From Octopus vulgaris (taxonomy: Eukaryota): a stretch of 64,000 nt of DNA. The number at the start of each line of letters is the position of its first letter. Position 1 is the first letter of the stretch. The DNA lies in assembly GCA_951406725.2 (NCBI GenBank), contig OX597819.1:105586001-105650000 (forward strand), read 5' to 3'. The translations under genes were made by a program, and so were the position numbers. Positions 24,793 through 38,300 of this stretch are shown here, one piece after another. The notes under the pieces are model-generated. The model made no database searches and was not told the origin of the DNA. It was given only the letters and a program-made list of their open reading frames with translations.

Positions 24793-25540
24793 ACACACAA
24801 ATATATGGTTCCACACATACACATAATTGAATACGGGTGCAAAACATCCAACACTATTTTTTGGAAATGGCTGTAAATATTGACTTCACACAAATACGTT
24901 GCTTCCCGATACAGGCACAAGGCCAGCAGAACTATAAATATTGAAAATTGTACCCACACACACACACATATATACACGCGCGCGCGCCCCAACATACATA
25001 TAAACACACACACGCGCGCGCGCGCGCACACACATACATACATACAGCTCTCCCTGTTCTAAACGAACTTACTTATCCAGTCAAGCGGAAAATACACTCC
25101 CTAACTACGCGCTAAAAAGCTATTTAAAATATCCACATGACGTCTACTGACCAGCCTGAACAATAAGAATGTTCAACAACACTATTTTCGAAAATTCTAA
25201 ACATTCACGTGACCTCTTTATTATGGCCAATAAGAAATTTTAGGCGGGACACTAGCCAAATTTTAACTTCTCTGGAGCCTTTTTTCTTACCCCAACACCA
25301 ACTTCCATTCAAACATTCACGTGACCCCTTCATAATGACCAATCAAAATTTTAGGCGCGAAACCAAGCAAATCCAAGACAACTCTGGAGCCTCTTTTTTT
25401 CACATATAAGAGACAGACTCTAATCTCTCTTTTATATTTTGATAAGCATAACAAATGCGCAACCGGTAAAAAGAACTTTCACCTAATTAAATTACTTAAA
25501 TTACTTCAATTATTTGTCAGCATTTTCTTCATTTCCTTTT
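24793..25540 (+). repeat. 5' inverted pLTR copy of the PLE
   Basis: Reverse complement of 20461-21208. Confidence 0.95.
25199..25410 (+). promoter_or_regulatory. 2 x ~112-bp module: CACGTG - CCAAT - E2F-like, then TATAAG (mirror copy at 20591-20802)
   Basis: CACGTG 25206/25318, CCAAT 25227/25339, GGCGGGA 25243 / GGCGCGAAA 25354, TATAAG 25405; TGACGTC at 25138. Confidence 0.5.
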
Positions 25541-25577
25541 TTATATATCACCACTCGTGTTCGACATCTCCTTTTTT

Positions 25578-25617
<40 letters not shown>

Positions 25618-26624
25618 CGTCCAAAGCATACAAAATATTATACATGTGAGCCTCTACCATGTCTATAATTATTGCATAGAATTTTCCCCTGAGATATTCT
25701 CCATCAACCGTATTGTTGATATCCTCAAACGCTGTCACTAAGTACACTCTCTTTCTATATATGTAGATCATTCTTAGTTTTGCCAACTTAGTACAATATG
25801 CTTCGCTGACGAGGGCTAAAAAATTGAAAATTGTCTTACACTTTCATTCGTTAGCTTTAAAGAGTAAATCCGTTCTAGTATATACAATATAGATTGTTCA
25901 AAAGTTTTGATAAACACATATTTGTGTTATTAATCTTACTTGTTGCTTTTAGGTTTCAAACACCCATAGAAGGAAATTTGTTCTTCTCACTACTTAGATA
26001 ATTACAATTGATCGAAGTTTTTGAACTTATTATCTCATTATGATGCATATGCATGCCTTACCGTGCAACTATTCTTTTATTTACCACATTGGGGCTTTTT
26101 GCGGTTATTTATCGGTTATTGAAACAATTAAAGCTAAATTTTCAGCAAAGAAATGTATGATAAAATAAAATAAAAAAATTAAATCCCGATATTCTAATTA
26201 TATCCTCGCAATTAAAGTGTGAAAAAAATTAACATTTATTTTATAAAGTAAGAATGTTAGGGCTTTTAAAATGAAAACAAACTTTAGAGATCATAAGAGT
26301 GTAAGGTCAATTTCCATCACACAATTTCCACGCACACACACACACGCGCGTATACATATATAAATATACATGCATACTTATACATACACACACGCATATA
26401 TATGCACATGCACACTCAATTTACTTACTTCACTTAAATGAGATATTTATGAGAATATATTTTCCTTTATGAACGACTATTTCAATAAACAAATAAGTAA
26501 ATAAATATTCGTGAATTTTTACTTTTCCGAAGAAGCAATTAAATGAAAATAAATTAAATTTATTCTTATTTTGAAAACGTAACTTTTCGGATCTGTGAAA
26601 AAAGAATTTATGTGTGTTGTATAT

Positions 26625-26800
26625 TAGCCACTACACACATTTTCTTTCTCTCCTTGTTTTCTGTGCCCCTTTCTGTAGAAGAGCGTAGGCTCGAAACGTA
26701 AAAGACTTTTTCTATTCCTGAGCGTTATACTAATACATCTGTTTGTTTTGTACACCACCTGTCTTCGTCTTTTGTTGTTTTTTTCGTAAACTCTCCCTAT
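26625..26800 (+). mobile_element. short repeat with hammerhead-like hairpin; inverse copy at 59198-59337
   Basis: Shared GRVYEK...KTNRCISITLR-type sequence; CUUU-CUGUAGA-A-GAGC guag GCUC-GAAAC-GUA-AAAG at 26669-26704. Confidence 0.55.
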
Positions 26801-28184
26801 ATATATATGTATGTATGTATATATACACACACAGATAACTTATACATACATACATATATATACATTATATATATACAAGTATACATATATATGTAATTGC
26901 ATTCATACACACGCGTGAACACACACACTATCCTTATAAACTAAGAAACTGAAGAGCGTTTGCAGCGTGTTTCTGTGTTGAATTTACATCCTTCGATGGA
27001 CAATCGTATCTTTCTTAACATATTCAGGAAGACGCTAGTGATTATAATAATTATTCCAAAGGCGATCACGGTAAATTTGAAATCTATCTTCTAATTATTG
27101 CAGGGTAAGTTACTCTCTTTCTCATGGGCCCAACTGTAACAACAATATCACGAAGACCTCTGTCACTATTCATGTTACACACACATACATACGCGCATGG
27201 GCGCGCACTCGCACAGCTTTTCTCTTCGTAATTTCATTTATATATAAATAAAAAAAAAAACGTCTGTGTACCTGAGCTAATTTTAAAGTTGGAAACTTTT
27301 GTCAAAGGTTTTGCTAAGCTGTGGAATTGGACCACGTCAAAAGATTTTCAAAAGATTGTCTTAACTTCTCTATCTGAGTTCTGAAAAGCGATCGTTTACA
27401 GAATTACAGAATTACAGAATTACAGAATTACAGGTATTGTTGACAATATTTTATTTAGGATAAAACGAGAAATTATTATTGCGCTGGTAACAAAAAACAA
27501 AACAAAAAAAAACAAGTATTTTTTAACGAGACAGAGCTAGAGAAACGATAGTGATGTCATGAAGGGTGATGTAAGGACTTTGATAAACTCATTGATAGAT
27601 TGACAGAGCGAAAGATTAACTAATCGATTAGGACTGATTAATTGGTTAGCTCACTTAAACCTTTTGATTTCTATTGTGCATAGAACATAGGCAACCATAC
27701 TCCACTGTTCTCCGCTGTCGGAAGGTCTTCCTCTCACAGTTGTTGTTGTTTTTCTTTGTAGTTAGGAGTGCTGGACTAATGCAATCCTACATTTACCACT
27801 AGGAAGAGGTGATCCATATAAGCTTGGCCTCTATCCTTTCCAGTATGGAAAGTGTTACTAACAACTTGTGCTTCGCTGGCTTAGCCATCCGGATCATTGA
27901 AGCACAACAGCCAGAGCATTGCAACAAGAACTAGATCCATTGGTGCAATTGCTTAAATCTTTGAGAAACAATACTGGTCTCTAATTTAGACAGAAAATCA
28001 ATAATTTTCAAAGAAGTAGACTTGTCGATACCAGTCAAATGACTGAAACAAATAAAAGAATAAAAAGAAGAGAATGACCGGTACATTATTTTTTATCGAT
28101 CATGGAAGATTGAAAGGTAAAGTTTACTTCGTCGGTATTTGAACTCAGATCGGAATTAACCGGAACAAATGTCTCAAGCCTTTT

Positions 28185-28228
28185 TTTTTACCTCTGTTAT
28201 TATTCTGCGAGGTCGTCGTTTTTGGATG

Positions 28229-28302
<74 letters not shown>

Positions 28303-28364
28303 TAGAATCAGTGCATTTTTTTACCTCTGTTCTTATTATTCTGCGAGGTCGTCGTTTTAGGATG

Positions 28365-28402
<38 letters not shown>

Positions 28403-28464
28403 TAGAATCAGTGCATTTTTTTACCTCTGTTCTTATTATTCTGCGAGGTCGTCGTTTTAGGATG

Positions 28465-28510
<46 letters not shown>

Positions 28511-28568
28511 GAATCTGCATTTCTTTACCTCTGTTCTTATTATTCTGCGAGGTCGTCGTTTTTGGATG

Positions 28569-28608
<40 letters not shown>

Positions 28609-28620
28609 GAATCAGTGCAT
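28185..28620. repeat. 4-unit minisatellite with variable (TAC)n spacer
   Basis: ttacctctgttcttattattctgcgaggtcgtcgtttt(a/t)ggatgac(tac)n...tagaatcagtgcat repeated four times. Confidence 0.9.
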
Positions 28621-28958
28621 CTGTTCCGTATATATTGTCACAGTGACCCTCTTAACACGCACACAAAAATGCTATATGTTTTAAATGCAGAAGTGTTGGA
28701 AAAAAAAAGAGTCAGATAAATGTCATTACGCTGACAATTTACGAGAAAAGGAATTGACACGCTTGTAATTCCTGTACGTAAGACTATAATATTAAAAAGA
28801 TATATAACTGAGAGACGCCATTTGCGGGAAGAAAATTTTTTATTGTAACAAACAAAAAAAATATTTAACTAGAAATATAATGCCATAAAATAGAAAGACA
28901 GTTATATAGAAATAAATTGGTTGATAGACAGAAACATACGACATTATACGCATGCGGT

Positions 28959-29034
<76 letters not shown>

Positions 29035-29049
29035 GTTTGTTCCTTCTCA

Positions 29050-29320
29050 AGCAATGCCTGACTCATAAGGCCGGTTTCCCGGTTTCCTTGGAGCATAGGT
29101 TCCCCACCTGGAGGGGACGCCAGTCCGTCACAGGTGAGGAAAGAGTGAGAGAAAGTTGTGGCGAAAGAGTCAGCAGAAGTTCGCCATTACTTTCTGCCGG
29201 AGCCGCGTGGAGTTTAGGTTTTTCGCTCATAAACGCACACATCGTCCGGTCTGAGATTCGAACCCGCGATCCCTCGACCGCGAGTCCGCTGCTCTAACCA
29301 CTAGGCTATGTGCCTCCACA
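29050..29320 (-). mobile_element. SINE family C
   Basis: Homologous to 1397-1700. Confidence 0.65.
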
Positions 29321-30554
29321 CACACAAATACACACACATAGATATTGCCTCTCCATGACTTTCAAGTGTTTTAACACCCAGTACTTTGAGAGAGTATTCT
29401 CCATCACGCTAAATCGCAGCCTACTGGCAAATACGTTACTTGTGCATTAAGTATATGCGGTTGATAATGTTATTACACTAGCGTTACTTCTGTTTCATAT
29501 TTGAATTTATTCTTATGTATATAGTATCCGAGCATACCCGCGCATAGTGTGCACGCTATAAGCATATAAGCCGTGGTCTGGCGATATCATTCATTTCGGG
29601 TACGTGATGTTGCTAAGTCACAAAAATAGTGAAGCATCGATGTCCATCACTCCTGGATAGGATTGGAGATGAGTTATCTCGCGTGTCCATGACTTTCAGG
29701 TGTTTTAACACCTGGCGTATTGAGAGAGTATTTTCCACGACGACAAATTACAGTAATACATGTGCCAGTAATACCACGTGCATTACTGGCAAATACACGT
29801 GGTATATATGTTAAGTATATGCGGTTGATGATATATCTATATATATATAATGATGAAAATGTGTGCTTGTCTGTCTGACTGTTTGTGTGAATCCCTAAAA
29901 CTCGTGTGTGTGTGTATATTTATATGCTTGTGTGATGCTTGTGTGTCTGTGTTGGTCACTTCAAAATCGTTTGACAACCGATGCTCGTGTGTTTACGTCC
30001 CCGAATTAGCGGTTTGGCAAAAGAGACCGATAGACTAAAGTACTAGGCTTACAAAGAAAAAGTCCTGGTGTCGATTTGCTCGACTAAAGGCGGTACTCCA
30101 GTATGGCCACAGTCAAATGACTGAAACAAGTAAAAGAATAAAAGAATAAAAAATAAACATGCATATTAGCACATATGTATGTTTACATACACTTGTGCAG
30201 AAATATAGCTGTTAGAGTGTTGAATTTATGAGCAAACGATAGTAACTTCGATTACTTGATCGAATAGTGAGGTGTGTTCTTGAATATTCCAGTTCCTTTC
30301 AAGTCGTGAAGGCGCGTTGAATCTTCCTGAAGACTACGTTAAAAGTATGCATATCTATGGAGTGCTCAGCCACTTGTACGTTAATTTCACAAATAGATTG
30401 TTTCGTTGATCGTATCAAATGGAAAACACGTGGTCGTAACCGATGGAATGTCATTTGTTTTTCATTTCAGGTTACTTCACTATATTCAGTTAAAATGTTT
30501 TATCAACCGAGTGCTGGGAAAGCCTTTTCTCTCACCAGCTATCACATCCTTGGT

Positions 30555-30948
30555 CAGGCATGGGCAATCTTTTTCGAGAAGTGGTTCGCCCGAGACATGG
30601 ATCATCCTCAAGCACACCACACTACTAAAAAAAAAAGATCAAGGTAATCTTTTCGTTATGCAATGCCATTCAGGAAGTCCATAGTTTGCCTATGGTTGTT
30701 CTTCCTCTTCCGCCGACGCAAAAAGATGTGACTATGTGTTTACTTGGGAAACTAAAACAATTAGTTATATTCATTGGCAAGCGACAGCTATGCTTGCTTG
30801 AAGATAGAAACCAAGTGCGGAGAACCTTATTTTTGAGTAACGGCCCGCATGAAACATGGTTCATCATTAGGCGGGCCGCACTATTCTAGTTAATTTTTCG
30901 TTGGTGTACCATTCAGAAAGACCCGGTGGCCGTAGTTTGCTCACAATT
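30555..30948. mobile_element. hAT-like MITE relic(s)
   Basis: caggcatgggcaa start; ggcccgc/gcgggcc subterminal motifs; gtagtttgc ends. Confidence 0.4.
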
Positions 30949-31083
30949 GATATAAACAAACACATATTCATAACGCATAAATATATATGTATATAGTTTC
31001 TTGCACACATTCATGTTTACACATAGACACATATATACATGTACGCATATTCATAATTTCAATGTATGTGCACATACATACGC

Positions 31084-31116
<33 letters not shown>

Positions 31117-31781
31117 TGTATGTATGTATGTATGTATGTATGTATGTATGTATGTATGTATGTATGTATGTATGCATGTATGTATATATATATATATATG
31201 TGTGTGTGTGTACTTGTGTGTGTGTGTGCATATATATATATGTGAGTATATGTAAATATACATTGAAATGCATACAGACTCGAATAAACGTATGCATATA
31301 TAAATGTGCACATATGTTTTGTACATATACAGTCAATACAAGAACGCATATGTATACACGCAAACTCAACACACATTCAATTACATATATGTATGAAGAT
31401 TTTATGATCGCGCAGATACTGTATGCGCGTGCACATTGAAATACACATACATACATGAGTAACACTTCTCCACATAAACAAGTCCGTATAAATATACACG
31501 CGTGCACACATAAAGAATTATATACACATATTGAAATATGTATAAGTGCATGAAGGTATACGCTCATACATATACAAACATACTACATTAAAAAAAATCA
31601 ATGTCTTATCATAGGCGATAGCAATGCAGATAAAACATGAAATAATAATAAAGTTATTGAAATGTCACCTCAGGATATATTTAATTAGTCTTGATATTTC
31701 GAAATAACCCCCACCCACTCCTTTTCAAAAGAAATAAAGAACGGAAATATGAATGTTGTAAGCATTGCAAACATACATACA

Positions 31782-31832
<51 letters not shown>

Positions 31833-33103
31833 TTACACACACACACGTATGTGTATCTAACCACACAAACATACATACGCACACATCTTGATGATATGAT
31901 ATGAATAGGAAAATGGAACAGATATGAATATAAAAATATATTAAATCAATCTGGCCGTTGACTTAGGGCCCTGGCTATATTATTCGCCTATACGAATTGT
32001 TTTTTGAGAGGTGGAGAAGCAATGTGGAGCAACTGAGTATAATAGATGTAGGTTATTTTTATTAAACAAGACAGGTGTAGATTGTTTATATAAATTGAGA
32101 TTTTATGTTAGATATACAAATTTCGCGATATATATTCATAGAAAAACCAGTATAAATATTGAAAAGGAGTAAGAGTTAGTAGTAAAAATTGCGATAGTTG
32201 TTGTGAAGATATGCTATCAGAAGAGAAACCTGTAAGGAGCATGTATATTGAAAATTGAAATGCTGGTTGGGAAGTCAGCAGACCAAAAGATTAAAAGTTT
32301 AAAAGACAAAAACCCATAAGAAATAATATGGGAAAGGTAAATAAAAACATTTGTCGTGTTCTTAAAGAGGCACTACACCTCCAAAAGAAGAAAAAATCCG
32401 TGTAGGTAACTTTCAGGTTCATAACACGAACTTCCTTTGATGAAACACGGGGAGATGAATTCTAATTTGGAATTCAGTAAAAATAGTAGATGTATCAGAA
32501 CGTTCTATTTCTCTTTTATATTTATTCCTGAATTAAAATGTGTGATAGTAATATTTGGGCTTGAACGAGTTATTCGTGAGAACCATTTAGAATTTTATAC
32601 AGTCACTGCTGGATACTTTAGCACTCATTTGAAGACAATTACAGATTAGGAGAGACTTGCTTTGAGCGAAATAAATCGCAAGCATATGAGATTCTGGTGG
32701 CAAATCTCATATATATATATGTGTGTTTATATATATATATATGTAAATGGCGTTTAAGCTCGCGACAATTTTTGTTTTGCTAGAAATTTATTATTGCAGT
32801 CATAACAGATTACATCATATTACATAAATGTCCAGCACCTCAGGCGTTACATAAACTTAGTCAACCATTTCGCTCACCTGCTTTCGCTATCCACTAATAT
32901 ATATAGAACAAAAGTGGTTAAAGAGCTATCAATTAAGTAGTGACTGCAGAAATACAAAGCGCGCGCGCGCGAGAGAGAGAGAGAATATATATATATGTAT
33001 ACATGCATATATATATATATATATATATCTATATATAAATACATATATGTATATTCATGCACCTATATGTACTTCTATATATAAAATAAAATCTATTTAT
33101 CTA

Positions 33104-33142
<39 letters not shown>

Positions 33143-33318
33143 GTCAGTCTGTCTGCCTGTCTGTGAGTGTGTGTGTGTGAGTGTGTATGTGAGTGTGTGA
33201 GTGTGTATGTATGTGTGTGTGTGAGTGTGTATGTGTGTGTGTGTGTATGTGTGGTCATGCTTGAAGTAGCAGGCTGAAGTGGATTGTGGGATTCATGTGA
33301 AATCATTGAAAGTTCATT

Positions 33319-33402
33319 ATTTACATTATTTACATTTGACGGATATTTGCTCTCATCTTGATCAGGACAAATATCCTCCAAATGTAAATAATGTACATAA
33401 TT
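33319..33402. repeat. short foldback element
   Basis: attatttacattatttacatttg..ggatatttg / caaatatcc..caaatgtaaataatgtacataat. Confidence 0.7.
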
Positions 33403-33691
33403 CCCCATCTCTTAAATATAGAACTGTGTCCATTGAAAGTTGTACCCCATCATGGCTGTAGTTCAAAGAGTGAAGCCAGAGAAAGATTAAAAGGATAAAA
33501 GAATGTTTTACAAAATTTATTCTGCCTGAAATACAAGTTTTATAATTATCATTATAAATATTTCATGCTTTTATGAAGTAGATGTTTGTGTTGTTTACGT
33601 CCAGTTCTTCTTGATCAAAACAAACTATAATTAAAGACGTTTCAGTCGTGGCAACTCTACTTTTACCCAGATGTATTAGATGTAAGTCAAC

Positions 33692-34118
33692 CGGCGTGGC
33701 TGTGTGGTAAGAAGCTTCCTTCCCAACCATATATTTTCGAGTTCAGTCCCACTGCGTGGCACTTTGGGCAAGCGTCTTCTACTATGGCCTAGGGCCGACC
33801 AAAGCCTTGTGAATGGATTTGGTAGATGGAAACTGAAAGAATCCCGTCATATATGTATGTATATATATATGTGTCTGTGTATGTGTGTGTGTGTGTGTAT
33901 TTTGTGTGTGTGTTTGTCCCGTATCACCGCTTGACAATCGGCATATATGTGTTTACGTCCCCGTAACATAGCAGTTCGGCTAAAGAGATCGATAGAATTA
34001 GTACCAGACTCAGAAAAAGTACTGGGACCGATTCATTCGACTAAAAATTCTTCAAGGCGGTGCCCCAGCATGGCCGCAGTCTAATGACTGAAACAAAATA
34101 AAAGATAAAAGATAAAAG
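33692..34118 (+). mobile_element. SINE family A (full head to tail)
   Basis: ggcgtggctgtgtggtaagaagcttccttcccaacc head, central microsatellite, (AAAAGAT)n tail. Confidence 0.8.
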
Positions 34119-34625
34119 ATGCTCATATGTGACATGCTTGTTCTTTTGTTGTTTTCACCGTGGGTCAGTCCTGATCAAAAGCGTTCCAGCCGTGGCCAGC
34201 GATCTTTTAATCAAGCATAGTATTTCTAAGAGTAAATGGACTAATGTATACCTCCTTATTATTGTTTGTAGTTCATGGCCAAACTTAATCCAATAAATTT
34301 ATGATCAAAGGCGTTCCACATGTGACCGTTTCTTCATCTTTTATTCAGACATTATATTTACGATAACATTATTTAATGTTATCATCCATGTTGTTTGTCC
34401 TCAAGTAGATTTAGAGATAAGCCAGTCCTGACTATCCTTATCTTTTACACAGGCATTGTATATCTAGAACTACACTATATACGTATCTTGCTGTAAATAT
34501 TGCTTCCAAAAGTGTTGTATAGAATTTAGATTTTCAATATTCGTCGTATTCTAAGATATTCTTTATTAAGATATGCATTAAACTATAAACAATACATTTT
34601 ATTGTCAAATAATAATAATAACAAT

Positions 34626-34661
<36 letters not shown>

Positions 34662-34826
34662 AATAATAACAACAACATTGGACTGTTAGAAATATATAAT
34701 ATATAAAAGATATAACTGAAGAACTATCCACACACATACACATATGCAGACGCACGCACACATATAGACATACACATGCAATATCTATACATATCTGTGC
34801 ATATACATACACACATATAAGCATGA

Positions 34827-34889
<63 letters not shown>

Positions 34890-34894
34890 TATAA

Positions 34895-34931
<37 letters not shown>

Positions 34932-35189
34932 CACGCATATATTCGTAAACGTGTGTATACGTACATATTTTATTGCACAAAGCATTGGAGAAATCATATA
35001 TACACATGATATTAGGGCTAAGGTTGACGATATTATAGATCACCTGTTCAGGAACAGCTTGATGTATTGGTGAACAGTTGGAGAGTATAAAGGTTAACGT
35101 TGTTGAGAGAAAGCTGAAATGGAGGACAAAAAGCCATATGAATATTGGAAAAGAGTTACGTATATCATAAGGATTCGTGCCCAATATCA

Positions 35190-35730
35190 AAATGTCGACC
35201 TCATGACTGCTGTCAATGCTCTGGGAACACTGTAAAGGCTGTAAGACGTGACATGGACAGCTGCAACGGGGGCCTCTAAATCGTGGTCAGCGAGAAGGGA
35301 CATAACAAGCGTTCTGTTTGCGTCCGGAATTATTCAATAATTGATGAACCGGGCATTAGGCTCAATTCAGAGGGCTGCTGTGCAGCTGATAGGGACTGTG
35401 CTCATACTTTGGCAAGAGAGGGTTGCTTCTGAAAAGCCACATGTGTGGTAGCAGGATTCGGTTCCTTGCCATACTCACAGAAAGGAGTGTTTGTCGGAGT
35501 ATTTTTACAACTTCAGCAGCGCCATTTTCTGGTCTCCTAGTTATCCCGTTTATAATCCCATGGATTACTGTGTGTGGGTCGCTGGTGAGAAACACACCAA
35601 CTGCTCTACCTGCAGCATCAAAGCCGAGCTGGCGGCAAAGATTAAGGAGGTGCTCCCAGAGACATAGTGAAGGACGCATTCGCCAGTTCCGGAGCTGTAT
35701 TGAGGCTTTTCTTTTCATCGCTTTTGGGGT
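35190..35730 (+). pseudogene. DD37D (maT-like) Tc1/mariner transposase relic
   Basis: W*QDSVPCH and FWSPSYPVYNPMDYCVW, resembling WPPNSPDLNPLDY. Confidence 0.6.
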
Positions 35731-37227
35731 CGATAAAATAAGCACCAGGAGAGCACTGGGATGTACGTGACTGGCTTACCCCTACCCCGAAATTGCAGTC
35801 CTCGAACCAAAATTTGAAACCAGTATTAGTTTCATAGGAACATACATTGCAGGTATGTATGTTTGCAAAGAGAGGGGCGAACTAGGGGGAAGCAGGCGAT
35901 AAATCGTTAGTTAGGAGTTTCCATTAAAGTGTACATACACACGCACAATATACATCTAAAATTATTTTAACTCCTGCAGGAATGTTCATCCTCAAAACTC
36001 ATTTGAATAAACGTTTCGTGGAAAAAATACTTAGAAAATTATTTCTAGTAGATATAAATTCAGTTTAATCCTTGCCATCGGTAGTATTATCACAAGTGGA
36101 ATATTTTTTCTCGCTTATTTTTTTCTTGGTTATTCATTCATCGGAAGAAACGATGCTGGTTTGTACTCCCTCTAGCTTTAAATCTCATGTTAACTGCACT
36201 GTATCTAAACTACACACAATCGTAAAAATAGAAATAAAACAATTAAAACTCTAATATATTTTAATTATAGCCGCTTGTATCTAATTAAATTGTGTGTATG
36301 AGAGTTATTTTTTTAATAAGCAAGTATAAATTAAGATGTATATTTTAATTAAATCATCTTATTCACGTATATTTCATGTAAAAAAAACAACACTATTTTA
36401 CAAAGTAACAAATTTGGGGGCTTTTATAAATTAAATACACATGTAAATACAATTTTAGCATATTTTTTATTCACAATCTATTTAACTCAATTAGATATTT
36501 TTGAGAGTGTAACTCCTTACGTAAATGTTTGTAAATTGTCACTTCTATAACAAAAGCAAATTAAATGTAAAAAATTTAGATTTATTCTCAAGTTGACAAT
36601 TGCAGCTTGGGGCTGTGGGGGAGGGGTATCTGTGACAAAAATATATAAGTACGCGTATTTACCAAAAGGAATAACATTAATTTAATTATTCCTATAAACT
36701 GAGAGTTGATTACAGCCTTTTTCGAACTAACATCGGTCGACCGGCATTCTTCTCTTCAGGCACATTATATTCAAAACTATTTTATCATGAATATTCATTC
36801 GCTTTTAAGATTACGGTATTATTTAATATGTGGTACTATCTGCGTAGGAGTGTGTTTTAAAAGGGATTATACATTCATAAATAAATACTTACACGCACAC
36901 ACATATAAATGTCAATATATAGATAAAATGATACAAGAATAACATTTGAAGATAGAATGGATCAGTTGAGAAATATTATTTGCATTAGTTTTACATACGT
37001 ACACACACATATACACACAAACTGTCACACACATGCTCATACACACATGCAACAACAGTTATATAATTCTCCTATATCTCTTTCCATGAAATAGAGTGGT
37101 GATCAAAGTGAAAACAATGAATATGTTGTATGAAATCATTCAACTCCCAAATGTATATTTAAATAATAACAACCAGCGAATACATCGGAAAAATATTAGT
37201 TTTCGGCAATATATACATACGTACATA

Positions 37228-37307
<80 letters not shown>

Positions 37308-37930
37308 TTAGAAACTAACCAAACATTCGTGTTTCATCTAAGCAGGACGACATTAATACGTGACAAAGAAAACGGCTAAACACTAACACATTATCTACTC
37401 AGATGCAAGCATACGTGTAGATATACACGCGCATACGAATATCTATGCTCGTGTGTATGTATGTATGTATGTATGTATGTACGTAAATACATATGCATAT
37501 TTGCAGTGAATATATGCAGACTCATAGACGCACATACATAGGCTGTCGAATCACTTGTATTGCTAGAGTGTTGGATAGACTACCTTACCAAAAATATTCT
37601 GTCTCTCTGATCTGAATTCGAATCCTGCGTAAGTCAAATTTGCCTCTTACACTTTGGCGGTAAAAAGTAATCCCGAACGTTCTTGTTGAGAATAGTGGAA
37701 TGCTAAAATGTCGGCCGAAATGATTTGCGATATTTGTTTCGGACCTGTACATTTTGAGTTTAAATTCGGGTTCACGTCACCAGAAGAAACTCGTACTTTG
37801 GGGCTTGGCAAAAATGGTGGTAGGTTCACAAGTGCCAAACTATTTGAACCGAATACCTGAACACCTTCCATACTAGCCAATCGGCTGATAGTAGTGAACG
37901 CAAAGGGACTTCAAAGACTTAGCACTTAAG

Positions 37931-38016
<86 letters not shown>

Positions 38017-38018
38017 TA

Positions 38019-38300
38019 GGAGCACTCCGTCGGTTACGACGACGAGGGTCCCAGCTGATACAATCAACGGAACAGCCTGCTCGTGAAATTAACGTGCAAT
38101 TGACTGAGCAATCCACATCCACGCGTACCCCTAACGTAGTTCTCAGGGAGATCCAGCGTGATACAGAGTGTGACAAGGCCGGCCCTTTGAAATACAGGTA
38201 CAACTCATTTTTGCCAGCTGAGTGGACTGGAGCAACGTGAAATAAAGTGTCTTGCTCAAGGACACAGCGCGTTGCCGGGAATCGAACTCACGACCTTACA
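38019..38300 (-). mobile_element. SINE family D
   Basis: tRNA-like head on the minus strand (gtgagttcgattcccggcaacgcg); homologous to 14.2 and 45.1 kb. Confidence 0.7.

Larger units (their letters stand above)
20461..25540 (-). mobile_element. Penelope-like retroelement (GIY-YIG type, Neptune-like) with inverted pLTR
   Basis: RT + GIY-YIG ORF, upstream ORF and inverted terminal copies; (TA)n at or near both ends. Confidence 0.95.

Noticed and set aside
24793-24822. Annotated start of the 417-aa ORF1
   Set aside because: It is a GTG inside the antisense pLTR copy, not a native start
20461-25540. DIRS/Polinton/DNA transposon interpretation of the long inverted repeats
   Set aside because: Encodes PLE-type RT and GIY-YIG; no tyrosine recombinase, RNase H, integrase or transposase motifs
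25715-25840. CUGACGA with nearby ACTAAGT/ACTTAGT pairing as a hammerhead
   Set aside because: Stems and GAAA cannot be arranged with correct spacing
28185-28620. CRISPR-like repeat-spacer appearance
   Set aside because: Spacers are (TAC)n; eukaryotic context; no cas genes
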